The position numbers and the translations under genes are program-made. Shown one piece after another: positions 1 to 10,149 of a stretch of DNA of 29,455 bases. The stretch comes from Octopus sinensis. Taxonomy: Eukaryota. The stretch is from NCBI RefSeq assembly GCF_006345805.1, contig NW_021836566.1, positions 1-29,455 of the forward strand, in the 5' to 3' direction. Under the pieces are notes generated by a model. It was not told where the DNA came from. It saw nothing but the letters and a program-made list of their open reading frames with translations, and ran no database searches. Within the stretch, counting starts at the first letter, position 1; each line of letters begins with the position of its first letter.

Positions 1-1525
1 TCCTCCGATCTTAAACGACCTCATGGCCAATATTGTGCCATTACCTAATGTACATATATTCGCAGACAAAACAAATAACATCTATGAAACAAGTATCCCC
101 TCACACATAAGACTCCTCACAAACACGATTATTAAGACACACACATAAGACTCCTCACAAACACGATTATTACGACACATACATAAGTCCCCTCACAAAT
201 ACGATCACATAAAAAAACACATAAGACTCCCTACAAACACGATTGTTAAGTCACACACATAAGTCTCCTGACAAACACGATCACTAAGACACACACATAA
301 AACTCCTCACAAATATGATTATTAAGACATACAAATAAGACTTCTCACAAACACGATTATTAAGTCACACACACATAACACTCCTCAGAAATACGATCTC
401 TAAGACACACACATAAGACTCCTCACAAACACGATTATTAAGACACACACATAACATTCCTGGCAAACACGATTATTAAGACACGCACATAAGACTCCTG
501 AGAAAGTCGATTATTACGACATACACACATAACATTCCTCACAAACACGATTATTAAGAGACACACATAAGACTCCTCACAAATGTGTTTATTAAGACAC
601 ACATAAGACTCCTCTCAAACACGATTATTAAGAGTTACACATGTGACTCCTCAAAAACACGATCTCTAAAACATACAAACAAAAAACTAGCACTTCCGCA
701 TAGAATGAAATTGCACTGAAGCGATGGAGCTATCCATCCTCCTAAATATAAAGGATCACGTGGACTACCTCGATGCTCGACCTCTACCGTCCTGTTACAC
801 TTAAGGCTCACAGACCTAATTTACTCTCCAACCCCAAAAGCAAGTTGTTCAACCCCTCTTAAAGCAAAATAGGCATTGTTATCAAGAACATTCTAGATAA
901 CATGAACTATGATATTAGAAGGCCCACAGGGGCGACTTAATGTTATCCACTGACTCCGCTGTATCCAAAACAAATCAGCCTGCAGGTTCACGCAGTTCAG
1001 TATCGTGTACTTCTACCGTTCTATATCGAAACCCTTTCTCCTGAAGGACTTGAATTCTGCTAGGTAATTCACTGTTATAAGTAATCTAGACGTCAGAAGC
1101 ATCATAAACGCCAGAAAATCAATCCTCGTTCACAATGATTCTTCGGACAGGGTTACGGCAGGGCTGTGATCGCCGACCTCATCGCATCATCTACCTTGGA
1201 CATCCTCGAGAAACGCACACACTCACATAGATCGGCCCTTTACAGGGTAATCTCAAACCATATAAAGGGTCACGCAATGGACAAATTTAGGAAGAACCTA
1301 GTAAAAAAATATTTAGAGAATTCAGCTGCTCTATAATAGCCACCACCAACTTGACCACAGTCGACCTCCTAGAGGTGACACTAGGCCAGAATACGAGCAA
1401 GTATTATTCCTATAGGAAGCGCAACAAGAATAATGTGTACAGCACAGAAGCGCGAAAACCCCACAAGGATTAGGACCTTAGTTTAAGGATGTTAGCAGAA
1501 GAATATCTAAGTTTTCAAGTCCGTC
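1..1525 (+). mobile_element. Decayed Penelope-like element (PLE) reverse transcriptase, interrupted by a minisatellite at ~104-680
   Basis: Manual translation gives PLE RT-like motifs in the expected order, with stops and frameshifts: NVHIFADKTNNIYE (47-88), HIRLLTNTIIKTH (104-142), EAMELSILLNIKDHVD (~718-765), VTLKAHRPNLLSNPKSKLFNPS*SKIGIVIKNILDNMN (from 794), NKSACRFTQFSIVYFYRSIS (~970-1030), IINARKSILVHN, RKNLVK, TNLTTVDLLEVTL...KYYSYRKRN (~1347-1425) and RRISK (~1498). Confidence 0.85.
101..680 (+). repeat. ~38-40 bp minisatellite, about 15 copies
   Basis: Unit ACACACATAAGACTCCTCACAAACACGATTATTAAGAC repeats head-to-tail with substitutions and CA slippage. Confidence 0.97.
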
Positions 1526-1602
1526 CGAACTGAGAAAAAACCATAGTAAAAGAATAAAACAACTCAGTAACGACCATCCAGTCTTATCTATATATCGGGA
1601 AC
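1521..1602 (-). mobile_element. Fragment of an unclassified (CAA)n-tailed interspersed retroposon
   Basis: Close match to 4165-4240 (gtccga.ctgagaaaaa.c.at.gt.aaaga...caactcagtaa.gaccatccagt.ttat.tatata.c.ggaac). Confidence 0.7.
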
Positions 1603-1685
1603 CTGGAATAAATTATGTGAGGTATTCTATCCAACTCTCTAACAACGGCTCTACCGGTTCTCTACCTTAGATAATAGCTAGCTAG

Positions 1686-1742
1686 CTATTTATCATTCAT
1701 ATATACATAAATGTATACAGATAGATTGACAGACAGACAGAC

Positions 1743-1802
<60 letters not shown>

Positions 1803-1818
1803 TGACAGACAGACATAC

Positions 1819-1878
<60 letters not shown>

Positions 1879-1897
1879 TGATTGATTGATAGATAGG

Positions 1898-1963
<66 letters not shown>

Positions 1964-2191
1964 CATACATACATACATACACACATACATACATACATAC
2001 ATATAGATATAGATGATGTATATGTGTGTATATGTGTGTGTATGATATATAGATAGATAGATAGATAGATAGTTAGATAAGGCAGATAGATAGATTGATA
2101 CATACATACATATACGCATACATATAACACATTCAAACTTATATACATGGACACATTATGTTGTGTGTGTGTATATTATATAATATATATG

Positions 2192-2235
<44 letters not shown>

Positions 2236-2360
2236 GTAGGTGTATACAAAGAAAGAGAGTGAGAGAGAGAGAGAGAGAGAAAGAAGGAAAGAAAGATAAA
2301 GAGTGAGAGAGATGTACATACACACATACGTACATGCATATATACACACATACAAATTAC
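1686..2360. repeat. Compound (AGAT)n/(ACAG)n/(ATAC)n/(TA)n/(GA)n microsatellite
   Basis: Read directly from the sequence; it explains the YLSI/MYVC ORFs. Confidence 0.98.
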
Positions 2361-2849
2361 AAATAGCATGGCACATTGTTTTTTCCTCCCCATTTTCCAA
2401 GTTTCATTTATTTGTCCCCTCCTTTTACACATACAAACAAACTCTCTTTCTTTTTCTCTCTCCCCCTCTCTCTCTTTCTTTCACTCTTTCTGCGTCTTTT
2501 CGCTTTCATTCATTATTTATCATAACCTCTCCCCCCTCCTTTGAATTTCTGATACTCACTGTCTTTCTGTCGGTCTTTCTCTCTCTCTCTCTCACTAACA
2601 TTCCAGCTCTCTAACTCTCTTTTCAACTCTTCTCTCACCCCCCTCTCTCTCTCTCTCTCTTTCCTTTTTTCCTCCTCTTCCTCCTCGATCTCCTACACTG
2701 TCTAACAGGCGTAAAATTAGTCTGGATATTCCATGTAGAGACATTTCAATAGGAACACAAAAAAAATGTAAGCAATAAAAAAAACTACACAAATCTTGTA
2801 AAAAAACTCGTCTATCGAGATTGATGTAGGAGAAACGTAAGGGGGTGGG

Positions 2850-3674
2850 ATTGTGTAGTATGGTGGATACTGTAGTGTGTAGTGGTCGAGGGTGGCGGAA
2901 CACAGGTGTAGTGGTAGTGCGGTGTTGTAGCGTACTGGTTGTGATGTCGTATGGTTGTGTGGTTATTGTGATGCGGCATGGTAATGTTGTGTTGCAGTGA
3001 GTGGTGGTGGTGGTGAGGTGTAACGTTGATGTTGTAGTGCAAAGGAGTGAAGGTGTTGTTGGTTGCAATGCAGTGTGTGTGTGTGGTAGAGAGTTGATGC
3101 GGTTTGGTAGTGTAATACTGTGGTGCTGTAGCATGGTCTTGTAGTGTAATGAACTTGTATGGAGCGGTAAGGGAAGTGAGCGCTGGTGAGTGGTGTGGGA
3201 GGCGTGTCGAGGTGGCCATGGTGCTATTACTGTCGTTGGTGTTGTAATTGCTGGCGGTGGTGGTAGTGAGATGGCGATAGTGGTGGTGGTGGTGGTGGTT
3301 GTGGTGGTGATGATGGTTATGGTGGTGGTGGTGATGGTGGCGGTGATGCTGTTGTTGATTTTGTTGTTGTTGTTGTTGTTGTTGTTGATGATGGTGGTGG
3401 TGGTGGTGGTGGTGGTGGTGGTGGTGGTGGTGTTAGTGGTGGAATGTTGGTGGCGCTGTGTGAGTGGTGATGGTGCTGGCGGTAGCAGTGCTGTTGATAT
3501 TAATTTTGATGTCATTAGTATTCACATTGCAGGTGTTGTACATTGTGGTAATGGTGGTGGTGGTGATGAGGTGGATGATGTTTGTGGTAATGATACGTCG
3601 TGGTGACTGTGGCTTTGGTGGTAATGATGCTGATGACGACGACGATGATGATGACGACGGCAACGATGAGGATG

Positions 3675-3729
<55 letters not shown>

Positions 3730-3886
3730 CGATGATGACGATGATGACGATGATGATGATGATGACGATGATGATGATAACGATGATGGTAATTACTATG
3801 ATGATGATGATGATGATGATGATGACGACGATGATGATGAATGTACTGATGTAGATGATAATGATGGTGATGGAAGATGATGATTG

Positions 3887-3924
<38 letters not shown>

Positions 3925-4015
3925 CTGATGATGCTGATGATGATGATGACGATGATGATGATGATGAGGAGGAGGAGGATGAGGATGAGGATGAGGATGA
4001 TGACGATGATGATGT
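2850..4015. repeat. GT-rich low complexity followed by (GGT)n, (GTT)n, (GAT)n, (GAG)n trinucleotide tracts
   Basis: Read directly; it explains the poly-V/D/M/T/H ORFs. Confidence 0.97.
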
Positions 4016-4130
4016 GCTAGTGGTCTCGATGTCAATGAAGCCATATGACGTGGAATTCCCATCGTATGGCGAACAAGAACGGAATGGTGTTGTCGTGATG
4101 TTGCTGTGATGGTCATGGTGTTAATATAAC

Positions 4131-4355
4131 GGTGTTGTTGTTGTTGCTAGTTTGCCTCAAACGAGTCCGACTGAGAAAAACTATGGTCAAAGAGCAACAA
4201 CTCAGTAATGACCATCCAGTTTTATTTATATACCAGGAACAGCATTGTTTTTCCAACGTGCCTATCCCTTTTCAATGTTGTAAGATTCGTGAAATTTTAG
4301 GGAGATTTGGGTGCTGTTTCTAGCAGGTAGATTGACTGTGTAGGGATCTCACTTG
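4131..4355 (-). mobile_element. 3' part of an unclassified (CAA)n-tailed retroposon
   Basis: (GTT)n tail at 4131-4147. The reverse complement of 4310-4330 (ctacctgctagaaacagcacc) matches 5924-5945 (cgacctgctagaaatagcagcc). Also matches 1521-1602. Confidence 0.65.
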
Positions 4356-4390
4356 TTGTGGTCTGCCTATACTGAAGGAACGGTACAGGA

Positions 4391-4540
4391 CTGGTAGCCA
4401 TGGTATAATGCAGTCAGTGTAATAGTATAATAGTTCTACTTAAATGTATGTCTGCGCTCTGAGTTCAAATCTAGTCGAGGCCAGTTATGCTCTTCAACAT
4501 TTCAGGGTCGATAAATAAAGCCCTAGTTTAGTACTGAGAC
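4391..4540 (+). mobile_element. Degenerate tRNA-derived SINE fragment with a Meta-like central domain
   Basis: B-box-like GAGTTCAAATC at 4461-4471, followed by ...tcttcaacatttcagggtcgataaataaag, resembling the recalled MetaSINE core (ccttcatcctt.cggggtcgataaa..agtacc). Confidence 0.5.
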
Positions 4541-4544
4541 ACAT

Positions 4545-4940
4545 TCTTCTTCTTCTTCTTCTTCTTCTTCTTCTTCTTCTTCTTCTTCTTCTTCTTCTTC
4601 TTCTTCTTCTTCTTCTTCTTCTTCTTCTTCTTCTTCTTCTTCTTCTTCTTTTCTTTTTTTTTTCTTTTTATCTGAAAGGAATCGGTTTCTATGTTCAGGC
4701 CTGGAGACTAAACGGACTCCGCCATGTCTGGAATACTTGAACGTCATGTCTCAACGGTGCCTCTACTAGCATTTTACCAGGATCGGAGGAAGGAAGACAA
4801 GAGGGAAAGAAAGGAAAAAAGGAAGGTAGGAAAGAAGAAAAGAAAGATGGAAGGAAGAAAAGAAAGAAAGAACGAACGAACGAATGAAGAAATGAATGAA
4901 AAAAGGAAGAAAGAAACGAAAAAATGGAGAAAGAAAGGAA
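4545..4940. repeat. (CTT)n tract (4545-4650) and GAAA-type purine tract (4785-4940)
   Basis: Read directly from the sequence. Confidence 0.95.
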
Positions 4941-5097
4941 TCACAAAGCTATCATCAACTGCATTTCTTAGTGCCACCTACAAATCTACAAAGATGTTTA
5001 TTAACCAATTTTAGCAACATCAAAAACAAGGTCTACTCTAAGCTGGTATCTAGATAAGCTACCACTGAACTAGAAGTTGTCAAAGAAGCCCCAACAG

Positions 5098-5402
5098 CAG
5101 GGTTTCTCGACCGGGATCCATATGGACCTTGGAGGCTTATATGGCCCTTCGGGGTCCATACGACCACTCAGGGTCCGTATTACCCTTTAAGGGTCCGTAT
5201 ACGATTTTGTTGCTGAAATTCATGCGTAGTAATTTGATTATTTTTCTACAATGCACGGAATATTGTAATTTTTTATAAATTCCTAACATTTAATGATAAA
5301 AATATAATAGGGTTTTTTAAACATCGCATGGTCGTGAGGGTCCAATTGAGCAAAATAGTAACCAAAGGGGTCCATAGGTTGGGAAATGGTTGAGAACCCC
5401 TG
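5098..5402. mobile_element. Non-autonomous hAT (Charlie/MER-like) MITE, 305 bp
   Basis: TIRs CAGGGTTTCTCGACC (5098-5112) and GGTTGAGAACCCCTG (5388-5402) match 13/15. 8-bp TSD CCCAACAG (5090-5097) vs CTCAATAG (5403-5410) matches 6/8. No ORF. Confidence 0.88.
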
Positions 5403-5414
5403 CTCAATAGAATC

Positions 5415-5578
5415 GCTAGAAAAAAAACATCTAAATTTCCTTCAAACTACATCCGACTTTCTTAAAAAAAAGACACGTGGGATAATGTACTCGTGAATTC
5501 TGCACATACCAAAAAATAGGGAAAGGTCACGGATGAAATGTCTTTGATCGTAAGTTTGTTCAATAATGGCTGTTCCAG
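5415..5578 (+). mobile_element. Degenerate copy of the (CAA)n-tailed retroposon
   Basis: gctagaaa...aaatttccttcaaa...ggataatgta...ggtcacgg...tctttgatc is colinear with the reverse complement of 4131-4355. Confidence 0.5.
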
Positions 5579-5609
5579 TTCTAAACACCAATGGTAATTG
5601 TGTCTAGCA

Positions 5610-5805
5610 AAGGCAAAAGGCACAAGAATTCATGGGACAAGAGTTGTGGATTAAAGCGGTGCTAAGACAATATTTGATTGGTACTTTATAATATCGAACC
5701 AGAAAAAATAAAAGAAAATTGAATGGGGAATGCGAAGATCCGTAATTAAACTCTTGGTTGCAATCCATTCGATGCCTTAATCATTCTGCCAGTACACATC
5801 CTTTA
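5610..5805 (-). mobile_element. Highly degenerate Meta-like SINE fragment
   Basis: atttgattggtactttataatatcgaacc (~5672-5700) is the reverse complement of a tcgat...aagtacca core like the one at ~4507-4520. Confidence 0.35.
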
Positions 5806-5923
5806 AACGCCAACCGAAATTACAATATTATTTATGAAACTGACTTTCGTTACGACCATTACGACAGATAATAGCTTTCACCTCAGCAATCTACATTAAA
5901 GAAGTTTTAATTTGGTAATTAAT

Positions 5924-5990
5924 CGACCTGCTAGAAATAGCAGCCTCATGTTCCATAAATTACACACTTTGCCTGCAAAACTTCTTCATA
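5924..5990 (+). mobile_element. Short fragment of the (CAA)n-tailed retroposon
   Basis: cgacctgctagaaatagcagcc matches the reverse complement of 4310-4330. Confidence 0.5.
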
Positions 5991-6071
5991 AGTTTGCCCT
6001 AAACATCCATACATATTTTCAAACTATTAGTTAGCCCTTGTTTCATATGTTCGAAGTAATATAAAACTTTC

Positions 6072-6465
6072 TTTCTTTGCTTTTATTTTGTTTCAGTCAT
6101 TTGACGGCGGTCATGCTGGAGCACCGCCTTTAGTCAAACAAATCGACCCCAGGACTTATTCTTTGTAAGCCTAGTACTTATTCTATCAGTCCCATCAAAG
6201 TGACAGGGACGTAAACACACCAACATCGGTTGTCAAGCGATGTTGGGGGGACAAACACAGACACACAAACACACACACACACATTTATATATACATATAT
6301 ACGACGGGCTTCTTTCAGTTTCCGTCTACCAAATCCACTAACAAGGCTTTGGTCGGTCCGAGGCTATAGTAGAAGACGCTTGTCCAAGGTGCCACACAGT
6401 GGGACTGAACCCAGAACTATGTGGTTGGTAAGCAAGCTACTTACCACACAGCCACTCCTACGCCT
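6072..6465 (-). mobile_element. Full-length tRNA-derived SINE (abundant octopus-type family) with TSD
   Basis: Minus-strand head AGGCGTAGGAGTGGCTGTGTGGTAAG...GGGTTCAGTCCC (A/B-box-like), then a CORE-like CACCTTGGACAAG segment, an internal (CA)/(TA) spacer and a 3' tail. TSD ATAAAACTTTC at 6061-6071 and 6466-6476. Homologous copies at 16329-16759 and 25877-26220. Confidence 0.93.
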
Positions 6466-6599
6466 ATAAAACTTTCCTTTTCCTAAGACCCAAGTTATTC
6501 TGCTGAGCGAAAAGAATAATGGGAACATTTATCATATCTGATGCATGGACGTCAAGGAAATATGGCCTGTGTACCACGTGATGCACGGGACAGGCAAAG

Positions 6600-6715
6600 A
6601 GTTAAGCAAGGTCATTGGAGTAGGTCACCGTTCAAACCCTAAAAACCAATTTGGTGATAGCGTGTTGATGACAGGTCTGCCCTTATCAGGGCTAACCAAA
6701 AACAATGACAACAGC
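6600..6715 (+). mobile_element. 3' end of the (CAA)n-tailed retroposon (degenerate)
   Basis: ggtcat...ttgatgacaggtctgcccttatcagggctaacc.aaaacaatgacaac is colinear with the reverse complement of 4131-4220. Confidence 0.45.
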
Positions 6716-6769
6716 AGAGGTAAGTGTAGTTACCTTTATAAACCTTTAGGAAGCTTATTGAAGGCATTA

Positions 6770-7117
6770 CCATTACTAACAATAACAACAACAATACCAA
6801 CAACAATACCAACAACAACAACAAAAATGGTGACAGTAGTATTCGTCTTAATAAACCATTACAATGACCGCCACCCCACAACACACCGCTGGCGCCACCA
6901 CCACCTTCATCACTAACAACGATAACAACAACAACAACAACAACAACACAGTTATCATCACTAAACCAGACTAAACCTGATCAGACCAGCGAAAACTTTA
7001 ATCGAAATACACGGGAGACTTAAACATTAAAGAAAATACAACAAATATTGCGACAACAGCAATAACAACAACAACAACAACAACAACAACAATAATAATA
7101 ATGATATAATAATAATA

Positions 7118-7155
<38 letters not shown>

Positions 7156-7180
7156 GTAATAATAATAATAATAATAGCAA
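6770..7180. repeat. (CAA)n/(CAC)n/(TAA)n trinucleotide tracts
   Basis: Read directly from the sequence. Confidence 0.95.
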
Positions 7181-7351
7181 CAACACGAACAAAGTTAACG
7201 TTGACAAAAAATAACAAGGCATAAGAAAGAAAACCATAACAAGCAAACAAAATAGAAAAAATATGGAAATCGAATCCAAAATCGAATAGAAACTAGATAA
7301 ATTGGCCTAATATTACACCGTCCCATTACTATTCTATCAGAGAAGAGACCC

Positions 7352-7772
7352 AATATGGCGGTTTAATGGTGCTTGGGGATGTTGAAGGAAAATGGACGCT
7401 TGTATTAACTAGTCTTCTAATGGAGGAAGCAATGTTACAGAGGGGAGATACGCGAACAAGATGGCGGCGACGTTATGAAGCAGAGAAAGCGGTTAAGAAC
7501 AGCGTTTAATGAAGGTAGGGAAAACTTTTTTCTTTTAAAGATGGCCGTCTTATATTTGGAGAATAATGTTAAAGGTAGCGATGGGTTAAGACGTTTTTGA
7601 ACAAGGGAGCGCGGGTGAGGGGTGTTATACTAAAAGAAGGGATTAATCAAAATGGTGGATGTAGAAATACTTAGAATATCGAAGTGAAGCTAAAGCTAAT
7701 ATGGCGGCCAAGCGTGAGGACGGTAGGAAAAATAGAATATTAATGGCGTTCGAACGGGGGATGATAATGGCG
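7352..7772 (+). promoter_or_regulatory. Cluster of co-oriented YY1-type motifs (AANATGGC[G/C])
   Basis: AATATGGCGG (7352), CAAGATGGCGGC (7457), AAGATGGCCG (7538) and AATATGGCGGCC (7698), plus partial TAATGGCG at 7741 and 7765. Function is not demonstrated. Confidence 0.4.
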
Positions 7773-7943
7773 AATGAAACTATTATCAGTTAGGGGTTCG
7801 AATAAAATTGACATGGTGGTCGAATGTTAGTGGCGAGTCCCATAACCTATTACACTGGAATGACAAAATGACGTGGTGCCAGATATGTTAGAAATAACAG
7901 TCAGATCTCACTCTTTTCTTTTAAAAGCCCACATTAGACGTCG

Positions 7944-8090
7944 CTTTTATCTTCTTTATTTGTTTCACTCACTGGACTGCTGCCATGTTGGGGAACCGCC
8001 TTGAAGGTTTTAGTTGACCGAATCGACCTCAGGAACTTATTCTTTGCTCTGATGTTTATTCTATCGGTCTATTTTGTCGAACAGCTATGG
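7944..8090 (-). mobile_element. SINE 3' fragment
   Basis: Diverged match to the SINE tail at 6072-6200 (tgtttca.tca.tggactgc.gccatg.tgg...accgcc.tt...aatcgacc.cagga.cttattctttg). Confidence 0.8.
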
Positions 8091-8492
8091 TATGGCTGGT
8101 TCGGGAGAAAGCAACGGCAACAAAAACAACACCGTCACACCTTTACGGAGATCTTTTGTTCCTGAGGCAGAACACGGCAAGGATCTAATTAAATAAACTA
8201 ATAAAACATTTGACAAAGTTACGTTACTGCTTCTGCCGTTAGCTACTTTTTGTTATGTATTTTGTGATTTTGACAAGTGGTACCAGCCGAGGAACGGCAG
8301 CATCCGAGCTGGAACATCCGATGATTGAATGGAGGTGATGAGTAAAGTGTAATGGCCAAAATATTTGAGAAATCATAATGGTGCCTGTATAAAGGAAACA
8401 ACTTCGGGTGAAGTGTGAATCAAAACAACATCGTTGTAGAAAAATAAATGACGAGGAAAGTAGAATGAAGACAAGTGTGGAAGTGTGTGCCA

Positions 8493-8531
<39 letters not shown>

Positions 8532-8625
8532 ATACTTATGTATACGCATACATATATGAATATGTAAACACATGCACCCTATATAAATGCATACATACAT
8601 ACATACATACATACATACACACATA

Positions 8626-8752
8626 CTGAAATCAAGTAAACGAACAATAAAATAAACAATAACAAACAACAAAAAGATGTGCACAAGAAATGTATTAGTT
8701 TGGCGTTAGGTAAAAAGAATTTCAGACGTTTCGAGCATAGCCCTTCGTCGTC
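8626..8752 (-). mobile_element. PLE-type terminal-repeat fragment, lineage A (copy 1; copy 2 at 9404-9529), carrying a 5'-damaged hammerhead-like motif
   Basis: Minus strand reads ACGACGAA-GGGC-TAT-GCTC-GAAAC-GTC, then tttttacctaacgccaaactaatacatttcttgtgcac, homologous to the sequence downstream of the motifs at 9153 and 18767. Confidence 0.6.
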
Positions 8753-8774
8753 GACGTCGTGTGTATGTGTGTGT

Positions 8775-8895
8775 GTCTCTGCTCTGTGTTTGTCCACCAC
8801 TACTGCTTGGCAATTTGTTTTGGTTTGTTTACATCCCAGTAACTTAACGGTTCGACAAAATGAATGGAGTACCAGGCTTACATAATTAAATAAAT
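8775..8895 (+). mobile_element. Degenerate SINE 3'-half fragment (duplicated at ~9548-9672)
   Basis: ctgtgtttgtcc...gcttggcaa...gtttacatccc.gtaacttaacggttcgacaaaa...agtaccaggcttaca matches the SINE body at 26040-26110. Confidence 0.75.
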
Positions 8896-8908
8896 AAAAT
8901 GATTTGAC

Positions 8909-8978
<70 letters not shown>

Positions 8979-8999
8979 TAAACGTATATATGTTATATG

Positions 9000-9041
<42 letters not shown>

Positions 9042-9152
9042 ATATATATATTATATTTATATATATATACTGAACGAATAATCAAATTAACGGATAATAA
9101 GAGGACTTGCACAAGGAATGTATTAGCTTGACGCTCGGTAAAAAGAGAGTTT

Positions 9153-9179
9153 GACGTTTCGAGCATAGCTCTTCGTCGG
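9153..9179 (-). ncRNA. Minimal type-I hammerhead-ribozyme-like motif, lineage B (identical copy at 9929-9955)
   Basis: Minus strand CCGACGA-A-GAGC-UAU-GCUC-GAAAC-GUC: core CYGANGA, 4-bp stem II, GAAA, palindromic ACGU and a GUC triplet. Position 4 is C rather than U, and helix I is only 2 bp. Confidence 0.55.
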
Positions 9180-9250
9180 AATGGGAAAGATTAAAGTCAA
9201 AGAAGAAAATAGATATCACGAACAGCACGTGTGTAGCTACATTACTGGAG

Positions 9251-9285
<35 letters not shown>

Positions 9286-9683
9286 ACGAATACTTATGTA
9301 TACGCATACATATATGAAATGTAACACATGCACCCTATATAAATGCATACATACATACATACATACATACATACATACATACACATACATACATACACAC
9401 ATACTGAAATCAAGTAAACGAACAATAAAAAAACAATAACAAACACCAAAAAAGATTGCACAAGAAATGTATTAGTTTGGCGTTAGGTAAAAAGAATTTC
9501 TGACGTTTCGAGCATAGCCCTTCGTCGTCGACTCGTGTGTATGTGTGTGTGTCTCTGCTCTGTGTTTGTCCACCACTACTGCTTGGCAATTTGTTTTGGT
9601 TTGTTTACATCCCAGTAACTTAACGGTTCGACAAAATGAATGGAGTACCAGGCTTACATAATTAAATAAATAAAATGATTGAC

Positions 9684-9725
<42 letters not shown>

Positions 9726-10026
9726 ATATATATATATATATAATATATATTATATATATATAAACGTATATATGTTATATGTATTATTATTATTATTATT
9801 ATTATTTATAATATATATATATATAATATATATATATTATATATATACTGAACGAATAATCAAATTAACGGATAATAAGAGGACTTGCACAAGGAATGTT
9901 TAGCTTGACCTCGGTAAAAAGAGAGTTTGACGTTTCGAGCATAGCTCTTCGTCGGAATGGGAAAGAGTAAAGTCCAAAGAAGAAAATAGATATCACGAAC
10001 AGCACGTGTGTAGCTACATTACTGGA

Positions 10027-10068
<42 letters not shown>

Positions 10069-10149
10069 ATATATATATATGCATGTATATTATAATATAC
10101 ATATGCATTTAAATTATATAATATATATATATATGCATGTGTATTATAG

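Larger units (their letters stand above)
8494..10064. repeat. Near-identical tandem duplication, unit ~760-780 bp (~8494-9251 and ~9252-10030)
   Basis: Unique segments recur at offsets of 758-777 (acgaatacttatg at 8528/9286; attactggag at 9241/10018). Junctions lie in (GT)n tracts. Confidence 0.95.

Noticed and set aside
101-680. CRISPR-like array
   Set aside because: The units are contiguous with no unique spacers, and the context is eukaryotic with no cas genes.
6488-6719. Apparent exon with a polypyrimidine-AG acceptor, a GTAAGT donor and one in-frame TGA (selenocysteine idea)
   Set aside because: The 3' half matches the (CAA)n-tailed retroposon tail, the peptide is unrecognised, and there is no CxxU/UxxC context or SECIS evidence.
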